Source: an uncultured Verrucomicrobiae bacterium
GTDB taxonomy: Bacteria; Verrucomicrobiota; Verrucomicrobiia; Limisphaerales; JAFGQR01
DNA length: 64,000 bases
Reading direction: 5' to 3'
NCBI GenBank assembly: GCA_963788655.1
Contig: CAWBHS010000072.1
Coordinates: 32,001 to 96,000, forward strand
Shown here: one piece after another, positions 10,519 to 26,227 of the stretch
Layout: every line of letters begins with the position of its first letter
Numbering within the stretch: position 1 is the stretch's first letter
The notes under the pieces: generated by a model
What the model was told of the DNA's origin: nothing
Seen by the model: the letters and a program-made list of their open reading frames with translations, nothing else
Databases searched by the model: none
Translations under genes and position numbers: made by a program

Positions 10519-13500
10519 TTACGGGATTGCCTTCTTCAAGCGGTAGTATTTCTGCGGAGCGTCAATGGGGATGACCACTTGATACTCGGTACCGGAAACA
10601 TTCAAAGTGGCAGTTGCGGGCGCCCAAACGATGGGAGGGCTCAAGCTCGAGCTTTCTTCCAGCAGATATTCATTGCACGGGATGGCCCAACTCAGGACGA
10701 CATCGGTGTCTGTCCGACTCACGCTCAATACCGGCGCCGGTTCATCGACCACCACCGTGAAGTTGCAATGGCCCACGTTGCCGCTGACATCGGTGGCGGT
10801 GCAATCAACGACCGTGATGCCGATCGGGAACGCCGACCCGGAAGCGGGCAAACACACCACAGTGGGATCGGGATCACAATTGTCGAAGAAGACCGGTGGC
10901 GGGTAATTGACAATGGCGCTGCACTGGCCCGGATCCTTGTCCACTTCGATGGTCGTACTGCACTGGCAGGTTTCGATTTCCAAGGCGAGGTAATCGACAT
11001 CCGTATCATTTTGGATGAGCACGTCGAGGGCGCCTTCCTGGCGGATTACTGGCAACAGATCAGTGTAACTCCCGTCGGCGTTCGGCAAATGCGACAGGTC
11101 GAGTTCGAATTCCAGGGTGGTTCCGGTTGTCCACTCCGTGCCCTCGAGCAAGCCCGGGACGGAGTCGTAATCTCCAAAGCGCCGGGCCCATTGTTCCGGT
11201 ACGGAGCGTTCCATTCGGTTGGCTGAACACCAGGCTGATGGCATCGTCCACCGATGGAGCGCTCGACGCCCGAACCTTGAGCAACAATCGCGCACTGGAA
11301 AGCTTCGCCGGCAGGCCCGCGAAGGTGTGCGCCAGCCATTGATCGGCTGTGGCGTCATCAAATCCTTTTACGACGGCCGTACCGTCCAGGTAGGTCAACA
11401 GGCTTGCGCGCGGGGACGCTGGCTCGGGGCCGACAAAATCGTCGATGTCTCCCGCCAACTCGAAGCTGGGAGCATCCATGCACACCGACGGGCCTTCGGT
11501 GTCGCTCACGGTCACGTTGAAGGTACAATCCACCGCGTTGCCGCTGGAGTCCGTGGCGGTGCAGGTGACAGGCGTGGTGCCCTGGTCGAAACTGGACCCA
11601 CTGGGGGGCACGCAAACTACGATAACGCCCGGGCAATTGTCATTGGCCGTGACGTTGAAGGTCACGGTGGCCGAACATTCACCTGGATCGTTGCCCACGG
11701 TCAGATCGCCGGGACAACTGATGGCGGGTAGTTCCCCGTCATTGACCGTCACGTCGAACGTGCAACTCGACACATTGTTCGCTTCATCGGTGGCGGTGCA
11801 AGTCACACTGGTGACACCCTGAGGCAGGGTGGAGCCTTCCGGCGGGACGCACTCAATCGTCACTGTGCCGCAAGCGTCCACGGCGGTCACGCCGTAGGCC
11901 ACGTTGCTCTTATCGCACTGACCCGGATCAGTGGTGAACACCAGATTGGCGGGACAGGTCATCTCGGGTTTAGTCGTATCCACTACCGTCAATGTGGCCG
12001 TCTCACTGGTAACACTGCCGGCCTCGTTCGTGATGACCACCGCGTACCCGCCGCCATCGGCTGGATGAACGTCCGTCAAGGTCAACGTTTCCCCATCGGC
12101 TCCTGGGATCGGGGTGGCGCCGAAGAACCATTGATACGCCAGGCCTTCACCCGCCGCGGTCACGGTAAGCGTTGCCTCGCTGCCGCATTCGACGGTGGTG
12201 TCCTGCGGTTGGCCGGTGATTTCCGGTGGCACGCCGACTTCACCGCACATGCGGAGACTCCAACTCTGCAGGATGCCGGTGTCGCCGGCCTGGAGATCGG
12301 CCACAACAAGGGTCCAATCCCCATTGGGATCGAGGCCCTGGAAAGCAGCCAACAGCGCAGTGCGCGGATCCGTGTTTTGTGCGGCACTGGGATCAACGTC
12401 GCGGCCATCGGGAGCCCAGATGCCCGTCAATGGCCCTGTCAACGGTGTGTCGTTGTCGTCAAAGAGCGTCAAGCGATAGATGTGGACATCGCCCTGGGAC
12501 GCATCGTCGGCCAGGGTCACGTCAAATCCATTATCGCCGTAGCCCAGCAGATCGAACGAATCGTCCATACCCCGGCCCACGCGGTTCAACAACACCGCGT
12601 AACCCGATTCGTGAACCAGGAAGGCATAGAGATCACCGTTCCAACTGTGCGAAATGCGCAACGTCACTGCAAGGTCGGTCAGGGCGTTAATGTCCGTGGT
12701 GATGGTCATCGTATTGGTCAAACCATCGGGATTGTTGTCCGGGATGGGCAGGTTGACGGTTTGCGCGAAGCTGATTGGTTCGACGGTGACCTCAAACATG
12801 CAGGAACTGCTGTTGCCGCAATCGTCCGTCGCGGTGCAAGTCACGCTCGTTGTCCCGATTGGGAAGGCCGATCCGCTGGGCGGCACGCACTCCACGGTTA
12901 CGGTGCCGCAAGCGTCCGCAGCGGTGGGGGTGAATTCCACTGCCTGTTCGCAGGCTCCGTTGGCGCTGGTAACCGTGAGGCTGGCCGGACAGGTGATGGT
13001 CGGTGGCGTTGAATCCGTCACCGTGATCGTTTGGTCGCAGGTTCCCGTATTGCCGCAGTCGTCCGTCGCGGTCCAGGTGCGCGTGATGATCTGGGCGGAA
13101 GGACAAACGCCGGGAGTAGTAACATCCGTGAAGCTCACCGTGACGCTGGGATCACACCCATCCACCGCGCTCCCGTCACCGGTGGCGGAAGGATCAGTCG
13201 GCTCACCGCATTCCACGGTGACGTTCGCCGGACAAGTCACCACTGGCGCGGCCGTGTCGGCGACGGTAATGATTTGATCGCAACTGCTGGCATTGCCGCA
13301 CGCATCGGTGGCGGTCCAAGTGCGGGTAATCACCTGGCCTTGCGGGCAACTCCCTGCCGCGATGGCGTCGCTGAAACTGACGCCGGGATTGGCATCGCAA
13401 TTATCCGTCGCCGTTCCGGTCCCGGTAGCGCTCGGATCGGTCGGCGAATTGCACTCCACGGTGACATCCGCCGGGCAACTAACCACTGGCGGAGTCATAT

Positions 13501-16500
13501 CCGTCAATGTGATCACTTGATCGCAACTGCTGCTGTTGCCGCACGCGTCGGTGGCGGTCCAGGTGCGCGTGATAACCTGCGCCTGGGCGCACGAACCTGG
13601 CGCGGCCGCGTCGGTAAACGTGAGGGTGGGATTGGGATCACAAACATCGGTGGAGTTGGCCGTTCCGGTGGCGTCCGGATTGGTCAACTCGTCGCATTCC
13701 ACGGTGACGTCGTCCGGACAACTCACCACCGGCGGAGTCGTGTCGGCGACGGTAATCAATTGGGCGCAACTGCTGGTGTTGCCGCAGGCGTCAGTGGCCG
13801 ACCACGTGCGGGTAATGATTTGTTCTTGGGCGCACGTTCCCGGCGCGACTGCGTCAGTGAACGCAATAGTTGGATTCTCATCGCACGGATCGGTCGCGTC
13901 GGCCATCCCGGTGGCACTGGGATCGGTGGCCTCATCGCATTCGACCACAACATCCAAGGGACAAACCAAAGCCGGCCCAGTGGTGTCGGTCACGGTAACG
14001 ATCTGGCTGCACTGCGATGCGTTGCCGCAAGGATCGACGGCTTCCCAAGTGCGCGTGGCGGTGAAGGTCTGGCCGCAGGCGCCCACGGCGTTCGTTTCGG
14101 TGTTTATCACCGTCACCAACACATTGGTGCGCGCTGCGTCGATGCGCGCCGCGAAATCGACTGACACCAGGGGATTCGTTTTCAATTCCCAATCAGTGCC
14201 CGTCAACTGCCAGAAGTCCGGATAGTTTTGCCCGACGACCGCCGGCGAATACAAATCCAACCCGGCCGAATCGTTGGCCGCCAAGCCATCGAATTGCACG
14301 GTCCACGTAAAGGATTCCGGCAGGTCGCCCACCAGGGGCATCACGGCGTCAATTTGGAAATCCTCAATCGTGACGGTCGAGCGATCCGTCGCCGGCACGG
14401 CAAACGGGCCACTGTCATAAATCATGGTCCCCGGGGTGGGATACCCGTTGAAGTCCGCGCCGTCATTGCGATAGAAGCGTACCCGGGCGGTCACCTCACC
14501 TGCAAACGTGGCCTGCTCGCTGTTCAAGCCCCAGTATTCGAAGACGAAACGGGTGACCTGGCGGGACGTGCCTTCCAGAATGATTTCATCGCCCACCTCA
14601 GTGGTCCCGATGTCGAAACGATAGCGCAGGTCATTTTGCGAATTGTCGTACACCAACGAGTCAAACACGCATTCATCGCTGTAAACCGGCGCGTCAAATT
14701 TCCAGGCCATGCCGCATTCGACCGTCTTTTCGCCGGCACACTCGATCATCGGCGCTGTGGTGTCTTGCACGGTGACTTCCTGAGTGCATTCGACGGTGTT
14801 CCCGCAGCCATCGGAAATTTCCCACAAGCGGGTGGCCATGAACGTGTCGCCGCAGGCTCCGTTGACGTTGGTTGTGGTACTGAGCGCGGTAATGATGACG
14901 GTACCGCAGGTATCCGTGGCGACCGGCAAATCAAAGTCCCAGGATTCGCCACATTCGACGGTCTTGGCTGGCGCGCAGGTTACCTCCGGTGGCGTGGTGT
15001 CGATCAAGGTGATGATCTGCTCGCAACTGCTGGCATTGCCGCAGGCATCCGTCGCGGTCCAGGTGCGGGTAATGATGGGGGTCTGCGGGCACGATCCCGA
15101 GGCGGCGGCGTCGATGAAGGTGATGACCGGGGCGATGTCACAGGTGTCGGTCGCCGTGGCCATCCCGATGTCGCCGGGCTCGCGAGGTTGATCGCACTCC
15201 AGCGTTACGTCCGCCGGGCAGGTAACGGACGGGGCGACGGTATCCTGCACGGTTACCGTTTGGCTGCACTGGGAAATGTTGCCGCAGTCATCGATTGCTT
15301 CCCAAGTGCGGACGGCTTCATAGGTGGAACCGCAAGTCATATTGGTTACTGTGCCGACCAGACTGATCGTGGCCGGTCCGCAATGGTCCATGGCCGTGGG
15401 TTCCTCGAAGTCCCAGGCAGCCGTACATTCCACTGATTTGTCCGCCGGGCAGGTGAGCGCGGGCGGGGTGGTATCGGCCTTCACGAGCTTCTGGGAACAG
15501 GAGATCGCGTTGCCGCCCAGATCCGCAGCGGTCCAGGTGCGGATGGTGACCGTGGGGCACGTGCTGTTGTCCGTGGTATCGAAGTTGAAGGCGGTAGAGA
15601 TTCCGTTGGTCCCGATTACAAGGTAATCAGCATTGCCATCAAATCCGTTCCAGACCCCCGCGCCGCCGCCGGCGACCAATCGCACACCGCCGCCACTCAA
15701 ACCGTTGACGATCTGAGCGTCCGGGAAGGAACTGATGTACGTGGCCAGCGCTTTCACCCCGGCGCCGGGATACATGATTTCGGGATGGTTCAAGGACCAC
15801 CAACCGCCGGCGCGCGCATCCCAGCGTTGCCAGGCGCCCGTGAGGGTGGCTCCCTGGAGCGGCAGTCCAGGATTGCTGCCGTTCTGGTAACGAGGCTCGA
15901 AATAAAGCACGTCGTCACCGGAGCCGTTACCATCGGTGTCGATATTCAAAATGATATAAATCTCCCGGTTCAAACCCGCGCCGTCCGTGGTGCGATAGGT
16001 TGAATAGGACAGTTCAGTCAATGCCGACAATGCCACTTGGTCATACAAATAGTTGCGCATTTCAGCCAGGTTTTCCCCGTTCGCGCCAACCGAAGCATGG
16101 AAGCTGCCGGTGCCAAGGGGCGGTGTGCCCGGCCCCGCGGACATTTCCGCTGAGGCAGTGACGGGAAAACCTTGGACCACAAAAATCCAACCATCCAAGT
16201 CGGTGGGCGTTACGGCCAATGGTGCTGCGTCCGTGTAAGTCAGGACCGGCGCTGGATCGCAGGTATCGGTGGCCGTGGCCGAACCACCGGTGTTGACCGG
16301 AGTTAGCGGAGTGTCGCACTCGACCGTGATGTCCGCTGGGCAGAAGGTGATTTGCGGCGGCTCGCGATCGAAGACTGTCACCGTGAAACTGCAACTGCCG
16401 GATAAAGCCCCCGCGTCAGTCGCCGAGCAGTTGACGGTGATGGCCCCGTTGGCGAACACCGAACCACTGGGCGGATTGCACACGACTGCAGAGACACCGG

Positions 16501-19500
16501 GACAATTGTCCGTGGCGGAGACCGTGAAGTTGACCACGCGGTCGCATTGACCTTCCGGAGCGCGAACTACCATGTCCGCCGGGCAATTGACTACGGGCGG
16601 CTCAGTATCTTCGACCGTTACCGTGAAGCTGCAACTCGCCGTCAGTCCCCCGGCGTCGGTGGCCACACAGTTCACTGCAGTTACCCCTTTCTCAAAAGCG
16701 AAGCCGCTGGGTGGCGTGCAAATAACGCCAACGCCCGGGCAATTGTCGGTGGCCGGCGCATCGAAGTTCACCACGGCCGAACATTGGCCGGCATCGGTGC
16801 TGACTGTGAGGTCAGTCGGACACGTAATGACCGGGGCTTCGGCGTCATCCACCGTAATGGTAAAGCTGCAAGAACCGGTATTGCCGGCGGCATCAGTGGC
16901 GGTGCAGGTGACGGGGTTTTCTCCCTTGGAAAACGCCGAGCCACTGGGCGGTACACACCCGACCGTTACGTCCGGACAATTATCCGTTGCGGTGGCAGCA
17001 AAGGTCACTACCGCCGAGCACTCGCCAGGATCGGTGTTCACCGCGATGTCCGCCGGACAGGTGACCACGGGCGCCTCAGTATCATTCACGGTGACGTTGA
17101 AACTGCAAGACGTGGTGTTGTTGGCGGCATCCGTGGCGGTGCAATTGAGCGTCGTGGTTCCTTTCGCAAAGACGGATCCGCTGGCGGGCGTGCATGCGAC
17201 GGTGGGGCTACCGCAATTGTCGGTGGCGGTTGCAATGAAGCTGACGACTGCGGAGCACACCCCGGGATCGGTATTGACCGTCATGTCGCCGGGGCAGGTG
17301 AACGTCGGCGCCGTGGTGTCTTCGGCGGTTACCGTGGCGGTGCAGGTGGCCGTGTTGCCGGCGGCATCGGTCGCGGTCAACGTCACAACTGTGGCCCCCA
17401 AGCCGACCATCGTTCCGGCGGCTGGGCTTTGCATTACAGCTACGCTTCCCGGGCAGTTGTCGGCCGTCAGCACGTCGCCGGTCAGGTCCGGCAAAGCAAC
17501 GTCACAACTTGATCCTACCGAAAGCGTGCGGTCCGGGGCGCAAGTCGTGATCGAGGGTGGGGTCGTGTCTTCCGCCGTGACGTTGACGGTACACGTGGAG
17601 ACGTTGCCGGCCACATCGGTTGCGGACATGGTCACAACCGTGGTGCCCAATCCCACGGACGTGGCCGGGGCTGGGCTTTGGCTCACGGTGACTGCGCCGC
17701 CGCAGTTGTCCGTGGCCACTACTTCGCCCACCAAGTCGAGTAAAGAGACATCGCAATTCGCGCCAACGCTGATCGTGCGGTCGGTTGGGCAGGTGCCAAT
17801 GATCGGTGGCGTAGTGTCGTCCAGGGTGATGGCTTGTTCGCAGTCCACCGAGTTCGCGCAGTCATCCACCAGCGTGTAGGTCCGCGTCACAACGCCGTTG
17901 CCAGAGGGCAGGGGACTATCCAGGTGAGATACCGTTGCCGGCGTCGAAGAAGCGGCGCCCCCCGCCAGCGCAAACGACTCGAGGCTGGTTGCGGCAAGAG
18001 GAATTTCGGAGGCACATTGCACGGTGGTGGGCGCCGGACAAGTGATGGCAAGGGTGGGTTGCGAGGCATGCACCGCGGACAATCCGGCGTCATCGGTGTC
18101 GTCCAACAACACGTCCTCAATGTGGGCTCCCGGGCCTCCGGCGCCAAAGGTGTTGTTCTGCGCCAGGACAATGGCGCCGGCGGCGGGATTGCTATTCTCG
18201 ATGGCCCAGGGCGCCATGTTGTCAAAGCCGTAACCGCTCAAATTATTTCCGCCGTTACTGGCTCCCAGTCCGGTCACGTCGCTGGCGCTACAATCGCCGG
18301 CGTCCACCGTCGCGCCACCGGTAACGGCGAGTCCCGCCTGCGTATTGCCGGTCAGATCGTTGTCCTGCAATCGCACTTGACTGACGTCCGTCGCGCCCAA
18401 ACCAGCTTGCACGCCGATGGTATTCCCGGTGAAGACATTGTTCTGCGAGATGTCGGCAGTCGAGGCAGGAGCGGAAGCGGAACTGACGAGAACACCCGCG
18501 GAAATGGTTCCATCGACTGAAGAAACGCCTTGATTGCCGGTAATTTGGTTACCCAATTGTACGACGACGGACGCACCGGTTTCCACTTCTACGGCAAAGT
18601 CCAGCCAGTCACCCGCGCCTTTACCGGTGTAAGTGTTGTTTTCGAAAATTGCCGCCGTGTCAGCGCCGGAAAGTTGCAATCCGGCTCGGCCGATGTTGTC
18701 GAACGCGCAATTGCTGACCTCGACTTCGCCGCAGCCACCCAGCGCGTGAATCGCCACGCCGGAATAATCCGGGGCGGCGATCTGGGTGAAATAGACTCCG
18801 GCGATTTGCCCGGTGCCGTGGTGGCGAATGGCTTCGTAAATCTGGTGGCCATTGCCGTCCAAAGTGACATCGAACAATTCGAAATTATGGCACGATTCCA
18901 CCACCCACCACCCACGAGCATCGCCCGGAGCGGTGGTGTCGCCACCCGCTTGCAGGATGGTGTTGTTGACGCCCTGGCCGGACACAGTCACATCTTTGTT
19001 CACCACGATCTGGGGGCCTTCCACCAGCGTGATCGCATCCACGTTTACGGTGCCACCGGCGGTGATTGCGTCGATGCCGCGTTGGATACTGCCGCTGTTC
19101 TGGGTGACATAAACGTTGTCCGCCACGTAAAAGACAGGACCGCTTCCCCCGACATCAAGCGCGTGGAAAATGCCATCTTCAATTTGGTAGTTGTCGGTAA
19201 CGTCCGTGGCGTCCTGTTGCCAGGTGTTGCCGAGCGCCATAACGGTATCAGGGCTGGTGTTGTTGATAAAACTGCCGTCGCCACTCACCCGGATGGTGTT
19301 GCCCCCGGGACTGCTGGCCGTGCCCAGGTCCACGGTGCCGCTCGTGATCTGGATGGCGGTTTGATCGAAGTTGGCGGACTCGATGATCGTGCAGTCGCGA
19401 AGTCGCAGGAAACCGCCCGTCACCAGAATACTCGGATCGTCGGTCCCCGTGACGAAGGTAAACCCAGTAAACGTATTCGATCCCGAAGTGTAAACCAACG

Positions 19501-19873
19501 CCGGGGAATGTCCCTGAACGATTACCCCCGCGTCGTTGGCGACCAAATCGAGGTTCTTGCCAATGCGCACGCCGCGATAGAAGCCGGGGGCCACTTCAAT
19601 CCGGTCGCCTGGCCGGGCCGCATCAATGGCTTCCTGCAGGGTGGCAAAGGCATTCTGTCCCAGCACCACCCCGGGCTGTACTTCGGCGCCGCGGGCGATG
19701 GGCAGCCAAGCTTGGTTCACGGTTCGCTTGATGTGTCCCGGGAGAACGGTTTCGCGTGCGGTTTGCCCCTGCAAAATGCCTGCCGACCAAACCACCAAGA
19801 GAAAACCGACCACTGGAATGAATAGTCTAAAAACGGGAGCAGGACTTGTTGATGAGAGCAGCAACTTCTTCAT
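10519..19873 (-). CDS. Giant (~3,100 aa) secreted protein: N-terminal beta-helix, about 20 Cys-rich HYR-like repeats, P-proprotein domain, Ig domain, C-terminal 'YYRL' domain; one apparent frameshift near 11205
   Basis: ORF 11060-19930 plus the continuation ORF ending at 10519. Signal-like N-terminus and repeated DTTPP..TCPADVTVEC...ATDxC...TWTATDxCGN.S.C.Q.ITV units. IPDNN...HSWNGDL...GDWTL...DTG.L.SWSL marks the P domain. Confidence 0.85.
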
Positions 19874-20420
19874 AAAAATACGACTAAAATTTGACCAAAC
19901 ATCACCCAGCCGCATCCGTGCAATCCCCACGACTCTAGGGGAGAAGAGGGCATCCTTGGAATCTCTTCACGAAAGGGACATAACCATCCCTGCTGGAGGA
20001 ATGGTATCGCTATCATTGAATCGCGTTACCTCTAACAGGCAACCGCCCGTTTAGCAAGCAAAAAGTTCTTCGGACTGAGACAGATGAGGGAGTTCCAAAG
20101 TCGATTTGGACGGGCCGTGAAATGGACGACTCGACTAAGGCGGAGGGGTATCCTGGCCAGGAACTTGGGACCGGGTCGGTGTCGGGTGTGCAGTGCCTTG
20201 AAGACGCGGACCACCTGCTCGTTTCCTTCTGTCGTGTTTCTCATCTTCCAGTGGGTGGCCTGGCAGGTGGTGCTGTGGAATCCCGCCGAATCCACAGAAC
20301 GCTCGGCCAGCACGCTCGGATGCCCATGGCGGCCCCCACACTGTTATCCACCATTCATTTCTATAATTCCTGAGTTGCTTTCGGATGGCCCCTTACCGTA
20401 GCGTCGTCGGAGTTTTGGCC

Positions 20421-21311
20421 ATGAAAGTCTATATTGACGGCAAGTATTTTGACGAAAAGAACGCAAAGATTTCCGTGTTCGATCACGGGCTTCTGTATGG
20501 TGACGGCGTGTTTGAAGGCATCCGGGCTTACTACGGGAGCGTCTTCAAACTCGCCGAGCACATTGACCGGTTGTATTGCTCGGCCAAGGCCATTCTGCTG
20601 ACCATTCCCCTTTCGCCCACTGAACTCACCAAGGCCGTGGTGGCGACGTGCCGCCGTAACCAGATTCGCAACGGGTATATTCGTCTGGTCGTCACCCGTG
20701 GGGTTGGTAATTTGGGATTGGATCCCAACAAGTGCAAACGGGCTTCGGTAATCATCATTGCCGACAAAATTCAATTATACCCACCCAAGTTTTATGAGCG
20801 CGGGATGGAAATCATCACCGTTCCTACCGCCCGAAATTTGCACAGCGCCCTGAATCCGGCCATCAAATCCCTGAATTACCTCAACAACATCCTGGCTAAA
20901 ATCGAAGCCGGTATTGGCGGTTACGAAGAAGCCATCATGCTGAACGCGGAAGGCTTCGTGGCCGAGTGTACGGGGGACAATGTGTTCATCTTGAAGGGCA
21001 ACCGGCTCATGACCCCGCCCTTGTCCGCCGGGGCGCTCTACGGCATCACACGCGGCGTGGTCATGGAACTGGCCCGCGAATACGGCTTGGAAGTGAGCGA
21101 GCCTAATCTGACCCGCTACGACCTGTTCAATGCCGAGGAGTGCTTTCTGACCGGAACAGGTGCGGAACTGGTCCCCATCGTAAAAATCGACGGTCGCACC
21201 ATCGGCGCGGGAGTGCCGGGGCGCACGACCAAGGCATTGGTGCGGAAATATCATGCGCTGACGCAGGTTTCCGGAGAACCGATCTATCCCGGCAAAGGCC
21301 CCAAGAAATAG
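20421..21311 (+). CDS. ilvE: Branched-chain amino acid aminotransferase
   Basis: SVFDHGLLYGDGVFEGIRAY, KSLNYLNN, AECTGDN, GITR, FLTGTGAE (class IV PLP enzyme). Confidence 0.93.
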   Translation: MKVYIDGKYFDEKNAKISVFDHGLLYGDGVFEGIRAYYGSVFKLAEHIDRLYCSAKAILLTIPLSPTELTKAVVATCRRNQIRNGYIRLVVTRGVGNLGLDPNKCKRASVIIIADKIQLYPPKFYERGMEIITVPTARNLHSALNPAIKSLNYLNNILAKIEAGIGGYEEAIMLNAEGFVAECTGDNVFILKGNRLMTPPLSAGALYGITRGVVMELAREYGLEVSEPNLTRYDLFNAEECFLTGTGAELVPIVKIDGRTIGAGVPGRTTKALVRKYHALTQVSGEPIYPGKGPKK

Positions 21312-21418
21312 GGGAACGGTGGCGTCGCTTTAGAGGGGCAGGACAAGAATGCCCTGAGTGAATCACTCACATTGATTCCTGGCGGAGGAGATACCGCGGA
21401 CTGCTTGCTTTGGCTTGA

Positions 21419-21448
21419 TTGACACCGTAGCTTCATTCGACGTAAGTT
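21419..21448 (+). promoter_or_regulatory. Candidate sigma70-type promoter of mcsA-mcsB-clpC
   Basis: TTGACA-N18-TAAGTT, 26 nt upstream of the mcsA ATG. Confidence 0.35.
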
Positions 21449-21474
21449 TGGTCCGACAAACTACTAAGGCAATT

Positions 21475-21984
21475 ATGCTGTGTTGCGTGTGCAAAGCCAA
21501 AGAAGCGAAAGTGCATCTGACCCAAATCATTGGGGAAAAGATGCAGAAGGTGGACCTTTGCGAAGAGTGCGCGAAAGAGAAAGGGGTGAATGATCCCGCG
21601 GGATTTTCCCTGGCCGACCTGTTGTTGGGCTTGGGCGCTTCGCAGGAAATGGAGCAGGCGATTGGCAGCCAGACATTGAAATGTCCGCATTGCGGCTTTT
21701 CCCAGGCGGATTTCAAAAAATCCGGTCGGCTGGGTTGCGCCGAATGTTATGACACGTTCGCTGAGGGACTGGAAGGTCTGTTGAAAACCATGCACAACGG
21801 CACCAAGCATATTGGCAAAGCGCCCGCCGGAATGCGGCAAACCCGGAATCTGACCGAACGCATCAAGCTCCTGCAGAAGAAACTCGACAAAGCGGTGGCC
21901 GAAGAGAATTTCGAAAAAGCCGCCGATTACCGCGACGAAATTAAATTGACCAAGGCGCGGTTGACCCAGATTACCAAGCCATAG
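21475..21984 (+). CDS. mcsA: Protein-arginine kinase activator (CxxC motifs plus UVR domain)
   Basis: CCVC, CEEC, CPHC, GRLGCAECY; C-terminal ENFEKAADYRDEI. Confidence 0.9.
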   Translation: MLCCVCKAKEAKVHLTQIIGEKMQKVDLCEECAKEKGVNDPAGFSLADLLLGLGASQEMEQAIGSQTLKCPHCGFSQADFKKSGRLGCAECYDTFAEGLEGLLKTMHNGTKHIGKAPAGMRQTRNLTERIKLLQKKLDKAVAEENFEKAADYRDEIKLTKARLTQITKP

Positions 21985-21988
21985 AGTC

Positions 21989-23094
21989 ATGAAGCTTAGC
22001 GAATTTATCGCGCCAACTTCGGAAGCCGCCCGCCGGGAGGGTCCGCACAACCGGATTGTCCTTTCCAGTCGGGTCCGTCTGGCCCGCAATCTAAAAGCAA
22101 GCCGTTTCCGGGATGGGCCAAGAAAGCGGAGCGCGTCAAGTCGTGGGACCTGATTCGGCCGGCGGTCGAATCACTGCCGCAAATGACCGGCGCTTTCGCG
22201 GAGTCCATGGACAAGTTGACGCCGCTGGACAAGCAAATCCTGGTGGAGCGCCATTTGATCAGCCGCGAGCACGCCGCCAAGAGCGCGGGCAGCGGGCTGG
22301 TGCTGAACCGGGAGGAAACGCTTTGCGTGATGATCAACGAGGAAGACCACCTGCGCATGCAGGCGTTGCGTCCGGGCCTGCAACTCAGCAGGCGTGGAAG
22401 GTCATTGACGAGGTGGATTCCAACTGGAGAAGAAGCTGGAGTATGCGTTCAGTCCCGAGTTCGGCTACCTGACCGCCTGCCCGACCAACTTGGGCACCGG
22501 CATCCGCGTCAGCGCCATGCTGCATCTGCCGGGCTTGGTGCTGGCCGAGCAGATCAACCCGATCATCCAGTCCGTCAACAAGCTTGGCCTGGCGGTGCGC
22601 GGGCTTTACGGCGAAGGCACCGAGGCGCTGGGTAATGTCTTTCAGGTGTCCAACCAGATGACACTGGGCGAATCGGAGTCGGACATCGTGGAGCGGCTCG
22701 ACAAGGTGCTGCCGCAAATCATCGAGCACGAGGAAAATGCCCGGGCCACGCTGCTGGAGAAGAAGCCCAAGATGGTCTACAACCATATCGGACGCGCCTA
22801 CGGCATTCTGGCCAACGCGCACAGCATTTCCTCGAAGGAAACCATGAACCTGCTGTCGTTGATGCGGCTGGGGGTGGACTTGGAGTTGTTCGGCATTGGA
22901 GCGGTGGGCGGTGGACGAGTTATTCATTTTGACGCAACCCGCCCACCTCCAACGAACTTTAGCGGAGAAACTTGGGCCGAGGAACGCGACTTGCTGCGTG
23001 CCGACATGCTGCGCGAGCGGCTGCGCGACATGACCGCCCGTCATCCAAGCCTACCGGTCGGAGTACGACCTCCGAAAAGAAGGCTTCCAGTTAA
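21989..23094 (+). CDS. mcsB: Protein arginine kinase; several apparent indels, 3' end approximate
   Basis: IVLSSRVRLARNL, LVERHLIS, MINEEDHLRMQ, GYLTACPTNLGTG.R.S.MLHLPGL, FQVSNQ.TLG, ERDLLRAD, spread over different frames. Confidence 0.88.
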
Positions 23095-23400
23095 CGGGCC
23101 AGGGCATAAACCCGAACTCCCAACGGGATTGCGCGCTGGCTGCGAGTGGAAGTTGGAACAGTTTTATGGGAGTCGGCATTGGGTTTTCTTTCGGATTTCG
23201 GGCTTTCTGACTTCGGATGTTGAAATTCTGGCATCAAAGATGTTTGCCGATCTAGGGGATTTCTGGTAATTACTGTTATGTCGCATTCCAGCAACGCCGA
23301 GAGCGAGCTAGCGGTGGGATGGGAATGCGCCGGGCAAGTCGGAAGCTCTGGCTGGGAACCGCTGGACAAAACAGGCAACAATGGCATTTATTAAATAGGT

Positions 23401-25910
<2,510 letters not shown>

Positions 25911-25956
25911 GAGCACGAGTCCGCCGAGCGGTTCGATTCGTCTTTCACTTACTTTG

Positions 25957-25990
25957 AGGGCTTGTTCACGGAACAAGCCCTTCTTCTTTT
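25957..25990 (+). terminator. Intrinsic terminator after clpC
   Basis: AGGGCTTGTTC-acg-GAACAAGCCCT followed by a T-rich tract. Confidence 0.65.
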
Positions 25991-26177
25991 CCACTGGCCA
26001 TCCTCGCCACCTTGTCCCAAGACAAGACAAACCCTTTTGTTTCAAGACACGGCACGGTTTCAGTCGGCTTCGGGCCGATTTTTATCGGGTTTCCGGAAGG
26101 GGCTAAAACCCTGTAAATGGCCATTCCAATGGGAAATGGTGGAACAGAATGAAATTGTTTAGGGCGACCCACCACTC

Positions 26178-26193
26178 TGGCAAACCCGCTGCT
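26178..26193 (+). promoter_or_regulatory. sigma54 promoter of the minor-pilin cassette
   Basis: TGGCAAACCCGCTGCT (GG-N10-GC), 34 nt before ATG 26228. Confidence 0.6.
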
Positions 26194-26227
26194 AGATCGA
26201 GATCCGCACATGTAAACCAGGATCGTT

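Noticed and set aside
12800..17900. CRISPR array or DNA-level repeat array
   Set aside because: The periodicity comes from diverged protein repeats in the HYR gene. There are no identical direct repeats with unique spacers and no cas genes.
20344..20352. DnaA box / replication origin (TTATCCACC)
   Set aside because: A single imperfect box, with no cluster and no origin-associated genes.
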